Assembly (NCBI GenBank): GCA_040877595.1
Contig: JBBDNM010000062.1
Span: 10,911 to 74,910, forward strand
From: Gemmatimonadales bacterium
Lineage (GTDB): Bacteria; Gemmatimonadota; Gemmatimonadetes; Gemmatimonadales; GWC2-71-9
DNA length: 64,000 nt
Direction of reading: 5' to 3'
A model generated the notes under the pieces. That model saw only the letters and a program-made list of their open reading frames with translations, did not search any database and was not told where the DNA came from. Positions 35,501-42,082 of this stretch are shown in pieces. Made by a program: the position numbers and the translations under genes. Numbering within the stretch: position 1 is the first letter of the stretch; each line of letters begins with the position of its first letter.

Positions 35501-35991
35501 TCGGCATCATCATGACGGGAGTCGGCGTGATTTCGCTGGCCGGCGTGGTGGTGAACAATGCTATCGTGCTGCTTGACTACACCGACATTCTGCGCGATCG
35601 CGACGGCCTCACGCGCCGGGAGGCCGTGGTCACCGCCGGTCGCACCCGGTTCCGCCCGGTCGTGCTCACCGCGATCACCACCGTGCTCGGCCTCGTGCCA
35701 CTGGCCATTGGGCTCAACTTTGATTTTCTCGGCCTCTACACGCGCCTGGCGCCGGAATTCTACTGGGGCGGGGAACAGGCCGCCTGGTGGGGCCCGATGG
35801 CCATCGCGGTCATTGCCGGCCTCACCTTCGCGACGTTCCTCACGTTGGTGATTGTGCCGGTGATGTACTCACTGCTGGACGACCTGGACAAAGTCATCAA
35901 GCGGTACTTCCTGCCGCAGGAGACCTCGGAGGCGGCCGTGCCGCACGCGCCGGTTCGACCGAGTCGGGAGACGGAAGCGATTACTGTATAG
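32572..35991 (+). CDS. RND efflux permease (AcrB/HAE1-like, 1139 aa)
   Basis: Typical N-terminus ..SLAIRHPTVVLVMTAIIILTGL... 12-TM pattern with two large loops. ..LGMLVDNAIVVVENI.. and ..LAGVVVNNAIVLLDY... The start shares one base with the MFP stop (TGATG). Confidence 0.92.
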   Translation: MTPHNAPGEFREFGLTSLAIRHPTVVLVMTAIIILTGLSAYITIPKESSPEIVVPMVVVNTIYTGVAPRDIETLLTRPLEEELNTIADVKRITSTSVEGYSSIIVEFDAGMDMDEALQRVREKVDIAKPRLPTAAEEPGIFEINFAQFPIMQVNIAGPYSLVRLREVAEDLQDRIEQIPSVLEVTLSGGLEREVQVDVDLAKLQFYNLAYGDVIDAIRDENVTIPGGSVDVGDMKFLVRVPGQFEATALIADIVVKVAGGRAIYVRDVATVDFGFKERDSYARLDGQSVVSLAISKRAGENIIATAEAVRDVLASREAHFPVGTVVKVTADQSEDIHDMVSSLENNIISGLILVVAVLLFFLGMRTASFVGLAIPMSMLLSFSVMQLTGMTMNMVVLFALILALGMLVDNAIVVVENIYRFVEQGFDRKTAARYAVGEVAVPIIASTLTTLAAFFPLTFWPGIVGEFMKFLPLTLIITLSASLFVALVIVPVLCSLLLELEGARTPPMTPAARWTLIGGGGVAMLIVGSGAWLAPPLLILTGILIWQFHTRVAAPIGAWFMTAALPRIISRYEHLLRWALEHRLRMLAAAAGAMVLAIMAFSVLNAGIEFFPEDIPPATVYVQVEAPAGTRLEATDAMVQGLEAELRALSGSEDFQSVVATSGNRVSQNFGGPSNGSHLATIAVNFVDFQDRRTDGFVTLERMRQTIGRTVAGAHISVEAMQGGPPSGAPVAIEIAGEDPEVLRDLGAEVVRILENSPAYPKLDGLASDMEGGRPELVINVDRERAALWGLNTQDVGFMVRSAINGTEASKYRDGKDEYDITVRLAPAWRSDLSALGDLMLATDDGAQVPLSSVASWHVGTGMGDVRRKDLDRVVSITSDVRAGYNANAVVAEVRELLAPFERELPAGYTFAFGGQQEEQAEAQAFLSAAFVMAVLLIGFILVSQFDSVTKPLIILSSVVLSTIGVLIGLIVFRMPFGIIMTGVGVISLAGVVVNNAIVLLDYTDILRDRDGLTRREAVVTAGRTRFRPVVLTAITTVLGLVPLAIGLNFDFLGLYTRLAPEFYWGGEQAAWWGPMAIAVIAGLTFATFLTLVIVPVMYSLLDDLDKVIKRYFLPQETSEAAVPHAPVRPSRETEAITV

Positions 35992-36060
35992 GGTGTAAGG
36001 TGTAGGGTGTACGGTGTGCCATTCCCTTACACCCTACACCTTACACCCTTCACCTTGTAC
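35991..36060. repeat. Heptamer-unit hairpin (ggtgtaa-type): perfect 21-bp stem, 16-nt loop, plus extra right-arm units; possible bidirectional terminator
   Basis: gggtgtaaggtgtagggtgta (35991-36011) is the exact reverse complement of tacaccctacaccttacaccc (36028-36048). Further units ttcac cttgtac run to 36060. The element fills the gap between the RND stop (35989-35991) and the nitrilase-family stop (36061-36063). Confidence 0.85.
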
Positions 36061-36906
36061 CTAAATCTCAAACCAGCTCTGATATAGATCCGCCCGCCGA
36101 TCCCGCCAAAACAACGTCTTCGCCGGTGACGCCTGGTTCGCATCCAGATCCACGGTGCAGACGAGGAGATCTTCCTCGAGCCGCTTCCCGCGCGCCACCA
36201 CAGCGCCCGCCGCGTCTACCACGAACGATTCGCCGGCAAACGTGAGCTTCTCCTCGACGCCTACGCGGTTGCACAGCGCCGCCACGTAGCCGTTCTGGAA
36301 CGCCGCCGTCCGCACCTCGGCTTCGAACAATCCCTCCGGCCATTCATCCAGCGCGCCGGCCTGCGGAATGATCACGACCTCCGCCCCGCCAAGTGCGAGG
36401 GCACGCATGTACTCCGGGTAGTGACGGTCGTAGCAGATGGCGACAGCGATCTTGCCCACCGCCGTGTCGTACACCGGCGCGCCGGTGTCACCCTGATCGT
36501 AGTACTGCTGCTCGTGAAAACAGGCGTACTCGGTGATATGCAGCATGCGGGTGACGCCGAGCAACGTGCCATCGGCGTCGAACACGGGGGAACTGTCGTA
36601 GCAACGGTCGCCGGCCTGCTCGTACAGGTTGAAGACGGTGACCAGCCCAAGCGCCCTGGCCGCGGCCGCGATGCGTTGGGTCGTGGGGCCGGGAATCGGC
36701 TCCGCCAGCGCCCGCGCCCCGCCGTATCCCTCGTGTTGCGGGAAGAACCGCGTGACCGCGAGCTCGGGAAACGCGATGAGACCGGCACCCAGCGCGTGGG
36801 CGCGACGCATGGCGTCGAGCGCCTTGTCGAGATTGACGGCCGGGTCGGCGTCCGCCGCGAGCTGCGCCAAGGCCAGCGTGACGGTCCGGCCCGCCTCCCG
36901 TCTCAC
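36061..36906 (-). CDS. Carbon-nitrogen hydrolase (nitrilase superfamily)
   Basis: ..VTLALAQL.., ..LIAFPELAVTRF.., ..KIAVAICYDRHYPE.. (catalytic Cys context) and ..IIPQAG... The chosen start is GTG at complement(36904..36906) inside the heptamer array. The upstream 162 codons of the track ORF are rejected because they overlap the hemoglobin gene in another frame. Confidence 0.8.
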   Translation of the reverse strand: MRREAGRTVTLALAQLAADADPAVNLDKALDAMRRAHALGAGLIAFPELAVTRFFPQHEGYGGARALAEPIPGPTTQRIAAAARALGLVTVFNLYEQAGDRCYDSSPVFDADGTLLGVTRMLHITEYACFHEQQYYDQGDTGAPVYDTAVGKIAVAICYDRHYPEYMRALALGGAEVVIIPQAGALDEWPEGLFEAEVRTAAFQNGYVAALCNRVGVEEKLTFAGESFVVDAAGAVVARGKRLEEDLLVCTVDLDANQASPAKTLFWRDRRADLYQSWFEI

Positions 36907-36962
36907 GTCTCCCGTCTCCCGTCTCCCGTCTCCCGTCTCCCGTCTCCCGTCTCCCGTCTCCC
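36897..36962. repeat. Direct heptamer array (cccgtct / GGGAGAC on minus strand), 9 units + 3 nt, no inverted partner
   Basis: Eight consensus units and one variant unit cacgtct (36904-36910). It encodes the hemoglobin tail GRRETGDGRRETGDGRRET. The variant unit supplies the minus-strand GTGA, which is the hemoglobin stop (36903-36905) and the candidate nitrilase start (36904-36906). The minus strand is a (G3N4)n G4 motif. Confidence 0.9.
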
Positions 36963-37421
36963 AACGATCTCCGCCCGCACCGCCCGCAGAATCGCATCCA
37001 ACTCGCGCCGCTCTCGCGTGGGGATGCCGAACGCATCGAACGTGGCAAGCAAATGCTGCACCGCGACGTTCCATACAGCCGGCGTTATCTCCATCTCGGC
37101 GTGCGCGGTCGCCATGTCGAGACCCACGTAGAAGCACGGGCCGCCGGCGGCCGCACAGAGCTGATCGACCACCATCTGGCGAACGTAGCGCATCCCGTCC
37201 GTATCGAGGTGTGCAAAGAACGGTCCCAGGATGGAATCCTGGTGCCAGCGACCCATGAAGTCGTCGACGACGGCGGCGATCGCATCGTAGCCGCCGAGCC
37301 GGCGATACAGCGTGCCGTCGGCTGGGGGGCCGGCCGCGGATGGGGCAGGGGGCGCGGAGGCTGCAGGTCCTGCACCGCGGCAAGCCAGACACATGAGGAC
37401 GCTGAAGAGCACGATGCGCAT
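36903..37421 (-). CDS. Truncated hemoglobin (group I trHb-like) with N-terminal signal-like hydrophobic segment
   Basis: Start MRIVLFSVLMCLACRGAG is ATG at complement(37419..37421), 11 nt after the kinase stop. The core is ..TLYRRLGGYDAIAAVVDDFMGRW..D..LGPFF..D....R.MVDQLCAAAGGPCFYVG.DMATAHAEMEITPAVWNVAVQHLLATFDAFGI.., matching the 2-on-2 globin pattern. Confidence 0.75.
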   Translation of the reverse strand: MRIVLFSVLMCLACRGAGPAASAPPAPSAAGPPADGTLYRRLGGYDAIAAVVDDFMGRWHQDSILGPFFAHLDTDGMRYVRQMVVDQLCAAAGGPCFYVGLDMATAHAEMEITPAVWNVAVQHLLATFDAFGIPTRERRELDAILRAVRAEIVGRRETGDGRRETGDGRRET

Positions 37422-37432
37422 AGACGATCCGC

Positions 37433-39226
37433 CTAGAAGGGAAACAGTTTGCGCAGGCGCGGGAGCGGGTTGAATCGCGGTCGTCGCATGGCCGCCTGCA
37501 CCGCCTGACGGAAGCGCTCGGCCGACGGGTACCGCATCTCGGCGTCGCACGAGGCCGCGGTCAGCAGGACCCGCACGAACTCGGGCGGGACATCGTCCCG
37601 CGCGGCGCGAATATCCGGCAACAGGCCGGCATTCTGCCGCGCCAGAATGGCCTCGATCGTGCCTCTCCCGAACGGCGGCTGCCCGGTGAGGGCAAAGATC
37701 GCCACGAGCGCCAGCGAATAGAGGTCGGCCCTGAGATCCACGGCCTCGCCCATCAGTTGCTCGGGCGCCGCGAACTCCGGCGTGCCCGAGCGGGAGTGGT
37801 GACGCGAAGGTTGCCCGGCGGTCACGGTCAGCGCCAGACCGAAGTCGGTGATGAGGGCGTCGCCCGATCGGCGCTCCAAAAGCACGTTCTCAGGTTTCAG
37901 GTCGCGATGCACCAGCCCACGCTGGTGCGCGTGCTGGAGCGCATCGAGACTCTGCAACAGGAGCTTCACCGCGCGGGCTACTGGCAGCGGTCCGTGCTGG
38001 CGCACATGTTGCGCCACGTTCTCGCCCGGGACGTACGCCATTTCGTACCAGATGAACCCACCGCGCCCGCCCGTGCCGTACACATCCACGATGTGGGGAT
38101 GACTCAGGCTGGCGGCGAGGCGCGCCTCGCGCACGAAGCGCTCCACAACATCCGGATGGGCCGTGAGACCCGTATGCAGCACCTTGAGCGCCACTTCGCG
38201 CTCCAGCGACAGATCCCGCACCAGGTACACGCGACCGAACCCACCCGCGCCGAGTTCGCCCAACAGCTCGTAGTCGTCGCCCAGGGCACGGCGGAGCCGT
38301 TTCTCCGTCTGGGCTGCGTCGTCGCCGGTGGGCGGGCCGACATGGGTGTGGAACTCGAGGTCGCCGAGGTCGGACACCAGGTCCTCGCCCATCTCGTGGG
38401 CGGAGAGGAACCGGGTGCTGGGGCTGGCCTGCAGTGCGCGGAGGATGACACGCTCCAGCGCCTGTGGCGTGCTGGCCCGCCGTTCGCGCGGTGGGATCAA
38501 CAGGGCCGGCTCCGCTTCAGGAGCATGTCCCGTGGCCGCGAAGTACAGCAGGGCGCCCGCGGTGTACACGTCGGCGGTCGGGTCCCCGGCCGCGCCATTG
38601 CGCACTTCCGGCGCAAGGAACGGCAGGGCTTCGTTCGCGACGATCGGGACATCGGCCACATCCATGCAGCGGTTGGCCCACCGCAGGTCCGTGATCACGG
38701 CGCGGCCCAATCGGTCGAGCATGAGGGACTCGGGCGTGATTCGCCGAACCACGATTCCGGTGGAGTGCACGTGGTCGAGCGCGCCGATCAGGTCGCGTGC
38801 CAGCTGGAGTACGGCGGGCAGGGGCCGCGGTGCGCGGTCCACCGCACTGGCCAGGCTTTCGCCGTCAATCCATTTGCTGACGCGGTAGGCCCAGTCGCCC
38901 CGGTACCCGGCGGAGAACACCGGCCGTACGCCCGAATGATCCACCAGTGCGAGCAGCTCGCCTTCGCGCACGAACCAGTCGCGCCCCGCGCCCTGGGGTT
39001 CGAGATGAACTCGCAGGGCCACGCGCCGCTTGAGTACCGCATGGCGGGCCCGGAAGAGCGCGCGCACCTCGTTGGCGGCCACCAGTTCCTCCAACTCGAA
39101 GAACCCGGCGAACACGCCCTCGGCCCGCGTAAACAGGCGGGGAGCGTCAACGGTCGGCAGGACCTGCGGCTGGGACGGCCGAGAGGGTCGAGAAGGTTGG
39201 GAGGGGGCGGCCATGGATGAAAGCAA
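37433..39226 (-). CDS. Tandem pseudokinase + Ser/Thr protein kinase (Hanks type)
   Basis: The C-terminal domain has GAGGFGRV, VALKV, HRDLKPEN, DFG and APE. The N-terminal domain aligns to it with VAANEVRA (no Gly loop), VALRV (Lys to Arg), VVRRITPES (HRD..K..N lost), DLR (DFG) and retained APE. The start is uncertain (ATG 39226 or 39214) because it abuts the divergent gene. Confidence 0.85.
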   Translation of the reverse strand: MLSSMAAPSQPSRPSRPSQPQVLPTVDAPRLFTRAEGVFAGFFELEELVAANEVRALFRARHAVLKRRVALRVHLEPQGAGRDWFVREGELLALVDHSGVRPVFSAGYRGDWAYRVSKWIDGESLASAVDRAPRPLPAVLQLARDLIGALDHVHSTGIVVRRITPESLMLDRLGRAVITDLRWANRCMDVADVPIVANEALPFLAPEVRNGAAGDPTADVYTAGALLYFAATGHAPEAEPALLIPPRERRASTPQALERVILRALQASPSTRFLSAHEMGEDLVSDLGDLEFHTHVGPPTGDDAAQTEKRLRRALGDDYELLGELGAGGFGRVYLVRDLSLEREVALKVLHTGLTAHPDVVERFVREARLAASLSHPHIVDVYGTGGRGGFIWYEMAYVPGENVAQHVRQHGPLPVARAVKLLLQSLDALQHAHQRGLVHRDLKPENVLLERRSGDALITDFGLALTVTAGQPSRHHSRSGTPEFAAPEQLMGEAVDLRADLYSLALVAIFALTGQPPFGRGTIEAILARQNAGLLPDIRAARDDVPPEFVRVLLTAASCDAEMRYPSAERFRQAVQAAMRRPRFNPLPRLRKLFPF

Positions 39227-41354
39227 AGCTAATCTGGTCGGGGGCCGCTGCGCGCTGTATGTTCGCCATCACATGGCCTATCTCCGACTCCACGATCTCC
39301 GTGACCACAGCCGGATCGAGTTCGACGACGTGGCACTGGTCCGCGTTGGTCGCGATCCCTCCTCCGAGTTCGTGGTGGCGGGACCGGGCAGCGAAGTCGT
39401 CTCGGGATCGCATGCCCGGTTCACGCACCGCGACGGTGCGTGGTATGTCGAAGATGCGGGTGGTCGCAACGGCACGTTCGTGAAGGGCACCCGCGTGACG
39501 CCCGAAGCCCCATTGCGGCTCACGGCGGACGTGGAAATCCGTTTTGGCCAGCAGGGGCTGCGGTTTCAGGTCGAGGCCGTGACCAAACGGATCATCGCCG
39601 AGACCATCGCGGAGGCTCCAGTACGCGCGGTGGACCCGGAGAGGACGGCGCCCATGGACGCGGTGGATATCCCGGCGCCGCCGCCGCCACCGAAACCGGT
39701 TCCGCCACCGCCGCCGCCCCCGAAGCCGGCTCCGCCGCCGCCACCCAAGGCGCCAGAACCACCGAAGCCGCCGTCCGGCCTGGTGGTCACGCTGCGGCAC
39801 GGTGCCAGCGGCAACACGTTCACGGGGCAGGGGGGACGCCAGCGGATTGGTCGCGGGCGGGAGTGTGAACTGCGACCGGTGGAGCCGGGTGACGCCGCCG
39901 TGTCGCGGGTGCACGCCGAGATCGTGCAGAAGCCCGATGGATCGGTCGTGTTGCGGGATGCCCAGAGCCGGAACGGCACCCTGCTCAACGGCCAACGTGT
40001 GGAGGGCGAGCGTCCCGTCAACGTCGGGGATCGCATTCAGCTCGGTGATCACGGACCGGAGCTGGTGGTGGAATCCCTCACGGGCGCGGCATCCGTCGCA
40101 GCGTCCGCGGCCCCGCCTCCGCCGCGTCCGGTGGTGGTCTCGGGCGCCCCGAAGGACTCACGACGCTCGTTCGCGGGGAAGGGGCGCACGCTCTTCTTCA
40201 AGGATTTGATTCAGGAGACGGAGCGCAAGAGCCGGGATCGGGTCCGCGCGATTGTGTGGACGTTCGTTGTGCTGCTCGCCGGAGCGGCCGGCGGCCTGTG
40301 GTGGGTTGGTGAGCTCCGCGTGCGGGGGACCGAGGCCGTGCTCGAGGCGCAGCGCCTGGCCGCTGACTCGGTCAGTCAGGCGGCGCAAGCGGAGGTGCGC
40401 CGCCTCACGTCCGAGATCCTTGCCGCGCGCGCCGGGTCGGCACCGGTGGCAGTGCTCGATTCCCTCCGGAACGCGCTGTCCTCCGCCGAACGACGCACCA
40501 CGCAGCTCGAAGGCGCGCTCGCGCGCTCGCAGGCGTTGATCACTGAACAGCTGGCCTCCGGCGATTCGCTGCGCGTGGCCGCCGAGCGGGAAACCGCGCG
40601 GCTGCGGCAGCAGCTCCAATCGGGGGGTGGGAGCGGCTCCAGCGCCGCGCTCGACAGCATTCGCGCGGCGATGCGCGCGGCGGAGGAACGCGCCGCCGAG
40701 CTGGAGGCAGGGCTCCGGGCCGTGCGCGGCGTGGATCTGGCGCACATCGCCGAGCGGAATCAGGCCGCCGTCGGACTGGTCACGGCCTTCTCAGCGGGCG
40801 GCGCCTTTGATGGATCCGGATTCGTGCTCACCGCCTCCGGGTATCTCGTCACCAACCGGCACGTGGTGACGCCCGATGGCCGGCGCGCGGATTCGGTGCA
40901 CGTGATGATGGCGGACCAGCAAACACCGTTCCGCGCGGACATTATCGCCGTCGCGGATGCCCAGGGACCCGATCTGGCGGTGCTCCGGTTGCGTAGCTAC
41001 TCCGGCGCGCGCATCGCGGCAGTGGATTGGCGCGGCGATGCGGCACGCCAGGGTGAACCGGCTGCCTCCATTGGCTTCCCGACGGGCATTGCCGCCGCCT
41101 ACGACCAGACCACCCGCACCGTGCGCACCTCCCTGAGCGGTGGATACTTCTCAAAAGTGTCCGAAGACATGATCCAGTACGATGGATTCACGGTCCCGGG
41201 GTCGAGCGGCAGTCCGATCTTCAACGCCTCCGGGACGGTCGTGTCGGTGCATGCCCGGGGCTTGCGTGAAGGGCCGGGCTTGGCGTTCACCGTGCCCATT
41301 CGTCTGGTGCTTCCCCTCTTGCCAGCGGAGGCGCGTCGCGAACTGGGGCTGTGA
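39213..41354 (+). CDS. FHA-FHA / TM / coiled-coil / trypsin-like (S1) serine protease
   Basis: FHA1: ..VGRDPSSEFVV..VSGSHARF..WYVEDAGGRNGTFVKG... Pro-rich linker PPPPPKPVPPPPPPPKPAPPPPPK. FHA2: ..IGRGRECEL..VSRVHAEI..LRDAQSRNGTLLNG... TM: IVWTFVVLLAGAAGGLWWV. About 150 aa of Ala/Arg/Glu/Leu-rich helix. Protease triad contexts TNRHV, DLAVLRL and GSSGSPIF. The start is ATG 39213 or ATG 39273. Confidence 0.85.
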   Translation: MDESKANLVGGRCALYVRHHMAYLRLHDLRDHSRIEFDDVALVRVGRDPSSEFVVAGPGSEVVSGSHARFTHRDGAWYVEDAGGRNGTFVKGTRVTPEAPLRLTADVEIRFGQQGLRFQVEAVTKRIIAETIAEAPVRAVDPERTAPMDAVDIPAPPPPPKPVPPPPPPPKPAPPPPPKAPEPPKPPSGLVVTLRHGASGNTFTGQGGRQRIGRGRECELRPVEPGDAAVSRVHAEIVQKPDGSVVLRDAQSRNGTLLNGQRVEGERPVNVGDRIQLGDHGPELVVESLTGAASVAASAAPPPPRPVVVSGAPKDSRRSFAGKGRTLFFKDLIQETERKSRDRVRAIVWTFVVLLAGAAGGLWWVGELRVRGTEAVLEAQRLAADSVSQAAQAEVRRLTSEILAARAGSAPVAVLDSLRNALSSAERRTTQLEGALARSQALITEQLASGDSLRVAAERETARLRQQLQSGGGSGSSAALDSIRAAMRAAEERAAELEAGLRAVRGVDLAHIAERNQAAVGLVTAFSAGGAFDGSGFVLTASGYLVTNRHVVTPDGRRADSVHVMMADQQTPFRADIIAVADAQGPDLAVLRLRSYSGARIAAVDWRGDAARQGEPAASIGFPTGIAAAYDQTTRTVRTSLSGGYFSKVSEDMIQYDGFTVPGSSGSPIFNASGTVVSVHARGLREGPGLAFTVPIRLVLPLLPAEARRELGL

Positions 41355-42082
41355 ACTGCGTCGTGGTGGTGCATCGGTCGCAGAACATCATCAACCTCGC
41401 GTCCATCGTGCGGTTGATGAAGAACTATGGCCTGCGCGACCTCCGGCTGGTGGAACCAGCCGAGTTCGATGTCCGCCGCATCGAGGGGGTGGCGCACCAG
41501 TCGGGTGATGTGCTCAAGCGCGTGCAGGAATTCCCCACGCTCGACGCTGCCCTGGCCGACTGCACGCACGTCGTGGCCCTCACCGCGCGCGGACGTACGG
41601 CCAAGCGGAACTACCAGCGCCCCCGTGACGCGGCGCCCGAGATCCTCGCCGAGAGTGCTCACGGTCTCGCGGCGCTCGTACTGGGCCCGGAGGACAAGGG
41701 ATTATCCAATGACGACCTGGACCGCTGCCACCGCGCTGTCGTGATTCCGACGCATCCGGACTATCCCTCCCTCAACGTCGCGCAGGCATTCAACGTCATG
41801 GCGTACGAGCTGTTCGTGGCCGCCGATGCCGCCGCGCCGCTCAAGCCGGCCAAGCGGGAGGCCGAACCCGCCAGCCGCGATCAGGTGGAACGCCTCTTCG
41901 TGGACGTTGAAGCGGCGTTGCACCGCGTGGATTTCTTCAAGGCGCGCGAACCCGAGCTGATCCTGCGTTCGATCCGCACGATGGTGCACCGGACGCCGCT
42001 CGACGGGCGGGAGACGACCCTGCTGCGGGCGATGGCCCTGGAAGTGGTGCGCTATCTCGATCGCGTCGAGGCGCGCGCATGA
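41351..42082 (+). CDS. SpoU/TrmH-family RNA 2'-O-methyltransferase (TrmJ/LasT-like)
   Basis: ..VVVVHRSQNIINLASIVRLMKNYGL.., ..ALVLGPEDKGLSNDDL.. and ..IPT...YPSLNVAQAFNVMAYEL.. are SPOUT motifs. GTGA overlap with the protease gene and ATGA overlap with the following kinase. Confidence 0.8.
   Translation: MNCVVVVHRSQNIINLASIVRLMKNYGLRDLRLVEPAEFDVRRIEGVAHQSGDVLKRVQEFPTLDAALADCTHVVALTARGRTAKRNYQRPRDAAPEILAESAHGLAALVLGPEDKGLSNDDLDRCHRAVVIPTHPDYPSLNVAQAFNVMAYELFVAADAAAPLKPAKREAEPASRDQVERLFVDVEAALHRVDFFKAREPELILRSIRTMVHRTPLDGRETTLLRAMALEVVRYLDRVEARA

Noticed and set aside
39655-39790. C/G-rich low-complexity tract that looks like a DNA repeat
   Set aside because: It is the in-frame Pro/Lys-rich linker (PPPPPKPVPPPPPPPKPAPPPPPKAPEPPKPP) between the two FHA domains, not a separate element.
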